A DNA stretch of 64,000 nt, taken from contig CM106585.1 in the NCBI GenBank assembly GCA_048013815.1, forward strand, positions 15,128,001 to 15,192,000. The letters are read 5' to 3'. Below, in pieces: positions 44,301 through 55,746 of this stretch (positions within the stretch are counted from its first letter, which is position 1; every line of letters begins with the position of its first letter). Both the position numbers and the translations under genes were made by a program. The notes under the pieces are model-generated. The model was not told the DNA's origin, searched no databases, and saw nothing but the letters and a program-made list of their open reading frames with translations. The DNA is from Setoptus koraiensis. Taxonomy: Eukaryota; Animalia; Arthropoda.

Positions 44301-47300
44301 GCAAATCGGCTGGGCGCTTCTACAGCCCGCGTGCACCAACAAGGCCTACCAGTGTCTCGACCGGGCCAAACGTTGACAATAGAACGGGACCCGCACAAGC
44401 GGATATTGCGTCGCTGTTCGGTGGGCCTCGTTTCTTTTGGGTCGCTTTAGTGTGGGCGCCCGCTCGGCCCGCGCCAGGGTGCGGCTGCCCGAGCGACACG
44501 TACAAAACAATTTGTCGAACAGTGCAAAACGCGCATAACACGTACACGCGCACCAAGACAGATGCACTGTCTTGGTGGCGGCGTGTCCGTGCCATTGGCT
44601 CCGCTGGCCACCCCATGTCGGCCGTCTCGTCGGGCGCCTCGTTAGTGGCGTCGGTCTCGTTAGCGGTGCCGCGCGTCTCGTTAGCCGCGTCCTGTCGACA
44701 ACTGATGAGCGTGCCCGTGGGCCAACCAGAGGCGCCGGCCCGTCATCAATTACGGGACACCTTCATTAGGGACGCCGCGCGTCACACTGTCGGGCCCGGC
44801 TGACAGTCGCCGATGACGAGCCGGCCCGGCAGCATCTGTGGCCGGCGCTATGTGTGGCCGGCGCTATCTGTGGCCGGCGCTATCTGAGACCGGCGGTCTG
44901 TGTGACCGGCGGTATCCGTGACCGAGAGTATTTGCGCGGCCGCGGGCCGGCAGAGAAGCGGAGAATGATATATTACCTGGCAGGCCGCCGATTGGCTAGA
45001 GTCGTTGCTGGCGCGCGGTTTTAGCGCGTCCAGAGTGCCCTCTGGATACTGTGTGCGGCGCGGGTGTGTCGCGGGTCGGTTGTCGCGGGTCGGTCGTCGT
45101 TGCGGGCCGGCGGGTTGTTGTTGCGAGGCACGAAATGGGCAAGTATGCGAGAATAAAAGTGATAGTGATTAATATTGACGACGAGTGGATTAGATTGGTT
45201 GCTCGGTCGGACCGTCAGCGGGACGGGACGGCCCGTTGGCGTTGTAAGCGCCCGATGGCGGCAGCGCGGCGTTGGGATCGATTAGTCGATTGGATTGAAT
45301 TGGCTGCGCTCGCTGGTGGTGGTGGTCGTGTGATCGAGAGCAATAGATGGCGAGACACGACAAGACGAGAGTGCCAACGATCAATCATCGTGACAGTGCC
45401 ATTTTGAGTGCTCTTGTCGGCCACTAGGCGTCCCTACGAATAGCAGTAGATTGGCTGCACTAGCGCCACTAGCGCCACCAGCGCCACTAGCGTAGACGAC
45501 AGGTGACGCCAGCCACAGCAGTCAGCTTCGATTAAAACAATGGCCATCGGTGACTTACCGGTTTTAGCACGCGCACTATGAGGTACGTCTTGAGATTGGC
45601 CAGCCTGAGTGACTCCTCGCGGCTGGGCCCGTCGCCGTTTGTGACCTCGAATTCGCCATTGAGGAAGCGCAACGTTGCGTCGCTTATGTGCACCCTACCG
45701 GGCAGGCCGGAACTTTCCATTTTGTTGGCCAATTCCACGTCTTTGCTGTACACGTCGAATTGCCATTGTTTCTGGCCGAGCACGCCGGCCAAAACGCGGC
45801 CCGTGTGCACGCCCACGCGCATGTCCACCGTGGATTTTGTTTGCTCGCGAACGGACCTAGGCGCCCCAAACGAAATTACCAAATGGTCCCAGAATGGTTG
45901 TCGGCGCACAATTGTGCCCAAAATGGTTGTCGGCGCACAGTTGTGCCCAAAATGGTCCGCGAATGGCAGCCGAAGGGCAGACCGAGGCCGGCCGAGGGGA
46001 GACAGAGGCAGGTAGAAGAATTAAAATTACATGCTGCATTGTGTGATTAAGGGGCCCGGCGGAGCGCACTGCAACGCGCCAATAAATTATCTAGCCAGAT
46101 GTACAGTGTGCGCCCGTGCAAATATCTGGATATTCGCCAGCCCGTCCGGCTGGCTGGCTGGCTCCGTCTGGATATAATCGCGCCACCATTTGCTTCACAG
46201 AGCCCGGCGAGCCACTGTGACGAGCGGGCAGGCGGGCGCAGCGGCGGTGCCGGCCAAGTGGCCAGGCAAACACAATGACGAGAACAATGGGGCCCCTGGC
46301 AGCCACAGCCAACATCTCGCCTGCACTAATGATACAATGCACACAATGCATTTTTGTATTATATCCACGTATTTATATCTATTATACAATGTATACTGTG
46401 CAGCACGAAATAAGTGCTGGCCGCCAACAGCTCGCCGGGGAGCGAAAAAACGGAGCGGGGGGGGGCCGCGCACCACACAAGTGAATGGGAAATTATGATT
46501 TGATGCGGACGACGATGATTGATTATGAGCAATCGGCACTGTTCTTCGTCAGCGCCACTTGTGTGTGACGCAATCCAGCCGCACCGACGCACCCTGCCGG
46601 CGGGTCGGCTCGGGTGGCGGCCCGTTCGGTTCGGGTGGCGGGCCGGCCGGTCGGGTGCGGAGGCACGGGCGCCTATCGAAAAGACAACGAAAGGCGGGCG
46701 GGTACTCACTTGATGGCCTCCACCATTGACAGGCCCATGTGGACGCACAGGACCGCGTGATCGGGCCGCTCCTCGGGGGCGCCGCTTATGGCGTAGTAGC
46801 AGTCGCCCAAAATCTTGATCCTCAGCTGATGGTATTTCTGATGATTGGCGGTAGGGGGGGGGCATTGAGGCATTTTTAAGCGTTTTATAAGCGCCGCGTT
46901 TTGTTTACAAGTTTTGTGTCAGTGGATTTGCAAAACCCGATTGGCATTTGTGGCGTGACGGGTTGGCGCGCAATAATCAAAAATCGATTACGCGTCGCGT
47001 CGGGGCCGCGCAAACATTCGAACGATCAGTGAGCGGGGCGCGATTTTATCCGATGCGATCGGATCGCGTCAAATCGATCCAGTTGTTCATTTAATTGTTT
47101 ATTTGCAATTGGGAGCCGGATAAAAGTCGGCAGGCGTCATTGCGTATGCAGAGGGAGAGAGAGAGAGAGGAGAGAAATCGTTAGTGGTTTTATTATTATC
47201 TGGTTTTGTGCAATTGGCACCCTCGTCGGGGGCCCACAAGCTCTGGCCAGAGCGATGGCGGCCGCGGCGCCAGGTGAATTGCGCCGGCTAATCGTGCACT

Positions 47301-50300
47301 TGTCAGCCGGGGGCCCCGAGCTAGTTCGAGACAATCGGACAGATAGACACAATTTATGCTAATATACATAATCTGGTTGAGCGCGCGAGAACGGGCAATA
47401 ATAATAATAAAATAAACAAAATTTCTGCCGGCCCGAAGATAGCGCGCGAGCTTGGGCGAAAATTCGTCACTATCACTATAGTGATTCACTATTAGCGCGG
47501 CGAGTATAGGCGCCGGGTATTAGTCGTGGCGCGGGTAACAAAAACGGCGGCCAACAGCGGCCCCAACAACAGCGCCAACAACGACAACGCGCTAAACGCA
47601 AATGAATAAACCCAATGAGATTATGCAAATCATTAGATAGATAAAGATAGATAAATGGATAAATCGATTGGTACAACACGATTATTTTGGGCTCTGCGCG
47701 AGCTTTGTCGAGAGGGGAGAGCCACACAGTTTAGCCAGTTTAGCGGGCGCAATCGGAGCAGCTAGTTATGGCGGCTGTGCATGGGCTGCTGGCGCCTCAA
47801 TTGCTCGATTGTAGCAAATGGCATTACCAGCTCAATGATAATGGGGCCCGATAATATTCGCTGACACGCTGAGTGGCGCACACTGTTGCGAGACTGCAGC
47901 AGTTGAGGCCAGCGAGCCAGCGAGTGTCCGACAAGACTTTTCTCAATGCAAACAATGCACGCGTCGCGTGTGCCAAGGTGCCACATTTGTCGCTGCACTG
48001 TCTTGGCGAGCATCCGCCGCATTACGCAACAATGTAAGAATATCCCGTCGGCCGACAGGGGCGCCCGTGCACTCGAGTTGGGAAAAAATTCTGGCACGTT
48101 GAACGGCAGCAACCGCTGGAGCTTTTGGGAGCCGTTGTGGCGACTAAAAAGCGAGTGAGCCCGCCAAAGAAACGCGAGCCAGACGCCGTCGAGACGACGA
48201 CAACACAAAATATAAAGACGCGCTAATGGGGCCCCCGTCGCCCACATAATAGAGACCGAACAATTTGAAAGAGCGTCTCCCCTTCTCCCTCTCCCACCGG
48301 CCGCGTCTCTATCTCACCTGTGCCGGCTCACCTGTGCTGGCTCACCTGTGCCGCTCGGCTGGGCGTTGGCGAGCGCGGGCGCTCAATTTTGAATTTTGAG
48401 CCGCTCAAAATTTGAGCGGCCACACATTGGCAATTGTCAAGATTTGAGCGGGCCCCCGTGTGCCGAGAGTTGAGCTGAGAGTTGAACGAGAATGGTTTTG
48501 ACGCGTTCGTTTGTGCGTGCTGGCCGACAAAAGCCGCCAATAATAACGATAGCAGCGCTAATAATGATTTCATTCATTCATAACTGTCCTCGCAAGCTCG
48601 AAACTCGACGCACGAGTTACGCAATTCGCGGTGTGGGCCCCAACTGCACACACAACCGTACTGCATATAACTGTACACGTAACGGCACACGTAACTTCAC
48701 ACAAAACCCCGTTATGTAAGCGTATGTCGGGCGACTTGATGAAATGGCCGAAACGACGGTGCGCGCGGCCACCATTCATTGCTAATTTGCAATTTGCTCT
48801 TTGATCGGATAAAGGGCTCGCCAGGCAAAGCTTAACCTGGCGACAGGGGCCCCTTTGTGCGATGTGAATATAGCCACGATATGACGCCGCTGCAAATAAG
48901 CATTTCGGCGGCTGCTTTTCGGTTATGTCGGCTGGCCACTGTAGCCAGCCTATACAATACTCGCATACTGCATAATTATACGGCCGCTACAGATATCTGG
49001 CGAGAGTTATCTAATAAGAGGGGGGGGGCCTCATTCACATACACAGGCGACAACAGCGCCACCGCTGCGCCACTTTGCGAAGGAATATATTAAAATTTGT
49101 TGTAGCCGATGGTTGCACCCAGGCACTGGCTCGCTCGCTGCGGCTCCACGGGCCTCGATGCGGGGCGCCAAATGTGTTCAATCTATTTATAGCGAGCCGA
49201 GCGCGTATTTACATAGGGCACGCCCATGCAAAAGGAACGCGCATATTGGCCGTGTCGGTCATGGTGTTCGCTTGTGTTTGGGGCCCGCCGCTCGTTGGCG
49301 ATCTCGCCATGATGGGTACAGCAGGGGTACGATGGAGTACGGGGAGAGGGTGCAAGGGTTTGTGGGAGAGGGCACCAGAGTTTGTGGGTACAAGGTCTAT
49401 GGGTAAGAGAGGGTAAAGAGAGGGTAAAGAGAGGGTAAAGAGAGGGAGAGTAAAGCGGGGCATAAAAGGGAGAGCGGGATAGGATGAACAACAACAAAGA
49501 TGACGCTCGGACGATGAAAAATGTTACAATTGAGCGCATGGTGGTTGCACAAGAACAACGGACACGTCATTGGATGATCTATTGGCGCGTTATTTATATT
49601 ACATAACAATTGAGCCAGTTGTTGTTGTTGTTCCGTAGTCTTTTTATTCATCACATCATGTGATAATGATATGAATATATACAGCGCGCGCGTAGCGACA
49701 TCCCATGCGAACATATCCATTGCGTATATTACGCGTGCAGATATTTGCGGATATTCGCAGATGTTGGCGGATATTCGCTTAGCGTATATATGCGTATAGT
49801 CATGATACAGGCCGCAATAACTTGTAGGCGCGCGCGGATAAATAAATAGATGACGCAACAACAATGTCGCATAGTCGGCATATTTTCTCTTCAGACTTCT
49901 CTGGACTCGTCTCTGCACCGGCCAGCCAGCCAGTCAGCCAGCCAGCCAGCCAGATATGGCCGCTGGCAGACAGCGGTTGTTGTTTTATTTGCGCTAGACA
50001 GTGGCGACATATGCGGCCAACTAGAGAAAAGCGGCAGTTGCGCTGCCAGGGGCCCCACAACTGGCTCACAGTGGCTGACAAGTGCACGGTGGTTGCGGGT
50101 GGGGCGCCATGCACGGGCCGCTGCAAACAGCAACGACAATGGCACTTGTTCCGAGCGACCGAATGCGATTGTTTGTCAAATTGATTCATCAAATAGCCAA
50201 TTTTAGCATCTCATTTTCACCCTTTTCGGGCCAACATATCGCCGGGCGATGCGGGCACCCGAAACTGTACAGTGTTTGCCAAATAACGTGGCACAACAAC

Positions 50301-53300
50301 GTGGTGCGTACGGTGGTATTTGGATATCGGTTGCAACACATGATACCATTGTGTCGATTGCAACTCGAATCGGTGCGCCGATGTCCCAGATAACGGATCG
50401 ACTGTCCGGTCGGCTCCGGCCAACTGGCCGCGCTCCGGCCAAACGCATACACAGACACAATATGAGCCAAATATATACATAAATACAATATAAGCCAAAT
50501 GTATACATAAACACGATATAATATGGGCGCAACAATAATGGCCCGACGGCAATATTGGCGCCGCGGCCAACAACAACCGCACCAATTTAGACCAATTGCT
50601 CATTCAGCCGTCACACTGGGCCCACAGGCCGGATATCCGCGTTAGTCGAGGGGCCATTGTTGAGCGGCCACTGTCAAGGCCGGCTCAACAATGGCCACTG
50701 AGCGATTGGGCGATCGTTTGGCCGCTGGGCCCATTTGGGCCAAATGGCTATTTCGAGCTGGCTGGCTGGCTGGCGCTCATTGCAAGACGACCACTGTTAA
50801 ATACAAAATACATTTAGCCATAATAATAGTCGCCAAGACAACGACAGCCGCTGTCGGATAGCCGGCCGGCCGACTCATTAAGCGGGCCCCACAATGAGCA
50901 TTGTTTCAATTATTGCGCACGAGCCGGCCCCGTTATTATTTATATCTGGCTTGCGCATTACATATATCATCGGCCTTATATCGGCCCCACTAAATGTGCC
51001 CCAATAAATTTATATGTGAGCGGCCAGGGCGAATTTGCACGCGCCCCAACACGCGTACATTGGCACGCCATTGCATATAATCTGTGTTTGTGTAATCGCC
51101 GGGCCCCCCTTAGCCGGCCGGCTCTCGTTATTGAACCCGATGGCCGTGCGCGGCCGGCCGAAACCGGGCCCCTGTAATCACTCCGATCACATCCTATATA
51201 ACGTGGCGCGCCCGCACGGCACGCTCGCGGCGCTCGAAACAGTCGGAACGGCGGCGGCGGCGCTCGGGCGAGGGGCCCGCCGGGATCGGCTCGCCGCACC
51301 TGGGCCCGCGCGCTGTTGTGAGTAATTGTGAGCGTGTGGGTGTGGGTGCAATTACATCGAGCCGCGCCGCGTCGAGCCGCGCTACGTCGAGCAGCAAACA
51401 AGTGCGCAATTATGACTTTTATTATCCAGAGCTGGCCCTGTTTGCCGTTATCATTAGGCGGCCAGCGGGCGTGATTTATCGCAAATGTCGCCATTAATGA
51501 CCTTTAACTTTTGCGCCATTTTCAATCTACTTGCAAATGCGCGCCCCTCGCGGCACGGCCGCCCCTGCCGTCGATCCCCTGCCGGCTATCGAGGGCCCTG
51601 GCCCCAGAGTTTGTGGCAAATTGTTTAATCACGGGCCCGTTCGGGCGAGCCGCGGCGAGCCTCTGCGAGCGGAAGTTGCCAAGTCGCGCGGTGGGGCCAG
51701 CGGCGGCCCCAACGACAACGGCGACCACGGCGACCACGGCGACCACGGCGACCACGGCGACCACGGCGACCACGCGACCACGGCGACTACGGCGACTACG
51801 AGGCCCGCGTTGGCGGGTCAAATAATGTGAAATAATGGCTAGTTAGTGTCGGGCGGGAATGTCACTTACCTCGGCCAGTTTGTCAAATCTGGCAAACAGC
51901 TCGTTAAGGGTCTTCACCAGTTCGGGCGCCGGGCACGTAGACGAGATGGCCGTGAAGCCGACGATGTCAGCAAATAAAATACTGCTCCGAAAATTGAAAC
52001 GACACGTTGACAATCGGTGATTAGACAATGGGTAATTGGCGGCGATTCGCGGCGCCCGTCCGTCCCGCGTCCGAGCGTTCCGGCGGTTCCGGCGGTTTTG
52101 ATGGAGCCAAGGTGAAATAATTCGGTGCGGCGCAACAATCCCGTGCCGGCGAGGCGTTTTGCAGCCGATGCCAATCGGCGCAATCGGTTTGTTTGTTTGT
52201 TTGGCGTTTAATTTGATATTGTGAGCGATGTGTCGACGCGATTGGGAGACGCATACATAATAAATAATGAACGTTAGTGTGAATACAAAACAGGTTGTTG
52301 TTTGCTTAGGGCCACGCAGCTCTATGGCAACGGCGATAATAATGATATCGTTAGCGCGCCCTCTCTCGTTGAGAACAATGGCCGCACTTGTCAGGTCCTC
52401 AAAGCTCATAGCTTTCTTTTCTCTCTGTCTCGCTGTGTTTGTCGAACGGGCACCGTGACTGTTTTCGATTGTGTCGCGAATTTGTTTTTCGCACAGAGGT
52501 CGCTTTGTGTTGTCTCGAGGCGAGCCTTGTCACGTCTCGCGTAGTATATAGTGACACTATATAGTGGGTTACGCAACACATATATTTGATATATTATTTG
52601 ATTTTATTTGCCCGTGGCTCGCAAATAAATGGCAACAAATCGCTGGCGAGCGACTTCGTTGGCTGCAATTGATCGAGTTACGCGCACAACTACAATGAGC
52701 GCCTCACTATTTGAACAGTGAGTGTTTGTTAATTGCAAAATGCGCGATCAAGTGAAGCGGAAGTTGACACAACAACTCGCCGGCGACTGGCGGCAAACAC
52801 CCGCCGCCAGTCGCAACCACTTGTCGATTAGTGCGACTTGTTTGATTGAGTTGGCCGGCGGCCAAAAGTTTGTTTGGTTTGTCGGTTTGCTTGGTTTGTT
52901 TGGTTTGCTGGTTGGCTGCTGACGGAATGGCTGGCACCGTCATCAATCTTAAATTAGTCTCGGCTCTCATTCATTCCCATTGCGCTGGCTATTATTAGCT
53001 CGCTGGCCCCGGCCATTGTTGCGCAATGAGAGTCAGTCAGCCTGTATTCCGTCGGCCGTTCACCATTTATTACGTCACCATTATTATTGTTATCATGCAT
53101 ACAGCAGCGGCAGCAGCGGCGCCGATAATGGTTTAGTTACATAGCAACCGGGCGATTTTAACTGAATAATAATAATATTCGCCGGCGTTGCGGACACAAA
53201 CACACTCGGCTCGACGCGGCCGCCCGGTCAAGTTGGCAAGCTAGCTTGGCACACAATTGGCTGGCTTGGCTGCTTTGGCTGGGGCGCACAAACGCATTTG

Positions 53301-54187
53301 TGTGTGCAACAGCAAAGCCGGGCTTGGGGCCGCGCGAGCCGGATAGGAGCGAGCTGACGGGAGTGAGCGCACGAGGGTGAGCGCACGAGGGTGAGCGCGG
53401 GCCCCAGTGAGCCAAATGTGCAAATGTGAGCTGGTGTGCAAATGTTGTGTAATTAATCACTGCAACAATATAACTTTCGCTGCCGTCGCTCCGGCACGCA
53501 CACACGCACACACTTTTCCAACGCACACACACACACGCACACTCTTGTAACAGACGCACACGCGAGTGATGCAACTTCCGGTGCTCGCGCTCCCCCTTTC
53601 ATGCTATCGTTCCATTCTATGGTCTGTTGGCGGCTCTTTGGTGGCGTCAGCATCGTCGGTGCACACAGTGGCCAGCTATCAAGTATCACGAAAGTTGCAG
53701 AGGGGCTGCGAGGGGGGCCAAGAGAGAGAGAGAGAATGAGAAGCCGAAAGAAAGAACTCTTTGCTTTTCGAAAGAAACAGAAAAAGAAAAGCAAAGGCAA
53801 AAAGAAGAGTTGCTTTCGAACGCGCGCCTTTGTGAGAAGCGCTGCGAGCTTCTTGTGGCCTCTGCTAGCTTGTGTGGGCTCCTGGGCGAGCGCCATCCAT
53901 CAGCATGCTTCATTTAATCGGATGGGCCCACACGGCGGGCGTGTTATGCAATAAACTCGCCGTGGCAATGCCACAATACGCAGCACACACACACACACAC
54001 ACACAGCAGTTATACAGCTTATGTAACAGTGTAAAAAGAGGGCGCCATTGTAAAAATAAAACACATATAGGCGCGACTAGTGCATTCTTAAATCATTGGG
54101 CCCCGCCGATTCGAAGCGGAGCTCCAGCGCAGTACGTGCACGTGTGGGGCCCCGTTCGAAGCCAAGACAGTAAATTAAAGAATTTCT

Positions 54188-54238
<51 letters not shown>

Positions 54239-54703
54239 GCGCGCGTGACAGGTGCGACACAACGGACGACGACTCACCTGACGTTCTCGTGTCGGCTCAT
54301 GTAGATCTTCTTGAATTGGCCCGTCACCACGGCCCCTAAATCCTGGCGAATTTCCGCGGCCAAATGTTTGGGCAAAATGGACAACAGAAGGCGCTCCTAT
54401 AAAACGGACAGGCATGACAGCGTGACAAGTGTGTGTTGACATTAATATTAATGGTGATTGCAGCAAACATTACATAACGATAACAATACACACGAGCAAA
54501 ATAGGCGCCCCAATTCGGCGTGCATGATCGATGGCATTAATGCGCCTACTCACCTGCTCTTGGCTTTGTTGTTCTAGCACGAGTTTTGTTTCGAGACTCT
54601 GGCGCGTCTCGATGAAGGCCGCTCGTTGTTGGCGCTCATAAAAGAAGAAAGACATTATTCCGAGGACGTTGATGCCGATTGCGAGCACCAGGTAGGCTCC
54701 CAC
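32327..54703 (-). CDS. Ac3: Membrane adenylyl cyclase, type 3-like (Ac3/ADCY3); 5'-partial, 14 exons located encoding 1054 aa (TM6, C1, M2, C2)
   Basis: Exons 54703-54554, 54396-54278, 51981-51870, 46837-46710, 45856-45559, 45048-44977, 43508-42994, 39962-39866, 39684-39394, 39210-38833, 38710-38107, 37663-37601, 34954-34893, 32602-32327. All GT-AG; total 3165 nt, in frame. Motifs: [127 protein letters not shown]. The type-3 call rests on remembered subtype motifs. The N-terminus and TM1-5 exons were not found. Confidence 0.9.
36228..36352. repeat. Degenerate 14-16-bp tandem array (cgggccggtttttt)
   Basis: About 8 related units in AC3 intron 34955-37600. Confidence 0.75.
38021..38100. repeat. 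20-bp tandem repeat x4 abutting an AC3 donor
   Basis: Unit gccaagggagatgaagacgg; ends at the GTGAGT donor hexamer (38101-38106). Confidence 0.9.
42826..42914. repeat. 23-bp tandem repeat about x4
   Basis: Unit gggatattggcctgtctagggcc, period 23. Confidence 0.9.
51720..51800. repeat. 9-bp tandem repeat (ggcgaccac) about x9
   Basis: Read directly. Confidence 0.9.
54190..54245. repeat. (CA)23 followed by (CG)n: alternating purine-pyrimidine tract
   Basis: Read directly; about 30-90 nt inside AC3 intron 51982-54277. Confidence 0.9.
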
Positions 54704-55641
54704 CTGCCGGTATGAGCGATATGCGGGCGATATGTGGGCGATGAGAAATTGGCACAGTTGAGAAATTGAGAAATTGGCACAGTTGAGAAAACTGAGAAGT
54801 CGGCGCAGTTGAGTAATAGGGAAACTGGGAAATGGGTAAATTGGCAAGATGGGAAAATTGAGATATTGAGCGAGTGGGAAAATTGAGATATTGAGCGAGT
54901 GGGAAAATGGAGAAACTCAAGTCGCGATCAGTTTAATAATCAAATAATTGTGCCTTCATCATCCCGTGCTGCATTATTATGCAATGTGCGCTTGTGGCAG
55001 CTTGGCAAGTCGCAATGCTCGAATTGCTTGTGGGCCCATTTTGAGTTGGGGCCAATTAGCGTGGCGACGTTGGCTAGCGGCGGCGGCGGCGGCGGGCAAT
55101 GATGGCATCATTAGACGACTAGACATAGTCAGTGAGTATGGCGCGCCAAAAGGGCCGCTCATTAGTCGATTGGCTCATCGACGGGGCCCCATCACGACCG
55201 ATATCACATGTTGTACAGGCATGTATGTTGGCCATGTGTATGAGGGCCATATAATTGAGGCCCCTGTCTCGTTTGGTGTGCACGTAGCTGTGTCGTTGGC
55301 ATTGGGACGTGCGAAAACACGCAATGTGTGGCTTGTTGGTCGTAAGCCAATCGATGGAGCCAACAATGTCAAGCAAATTATCGGCAGCTAATCAAATCAT
55401 TATCACAACACACACATCTAACGGATAACGGCGACTTGCGCTGTTTTATCCACTCCGCGTCAGCTGACTTTATTCGCAACTGCCAACAGTTGTGAATAAA
55501 GTGACTCGATGACAGTTATCCGTTTACACGTGCTGTCCGATGTTACGTGGACCGTGCGCGAGCATACGTGACACACACACACACACACCCCGAACAGGTG
55601 TCACGTTACATCAGTCATTCACGGATTTGACACATATTGCG

Positions 55642-55746
55642 CAACAGCGACAACAACGACAACAGCGACAACAGCGACAACAGCGACAACAACGACAACA
55701 ACGACAACAACGACAACAACGACAACAACGACAACAACGACAACGA
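55642..55746. repeat. 9-bp tandem repeat (caacgacaa/cagcgacaa) about x11
   Basis: Read directly. Confidence 0.9.

Noticed and set aside
47762-48247. 161-aa ORF with CxxC (DACIVC) suggesting a RING finger
   Set aside because: The remaining RING Cys/His spacing is absent; no splice or start support; lies in a GC-rich intron where long chance ORFs are common.
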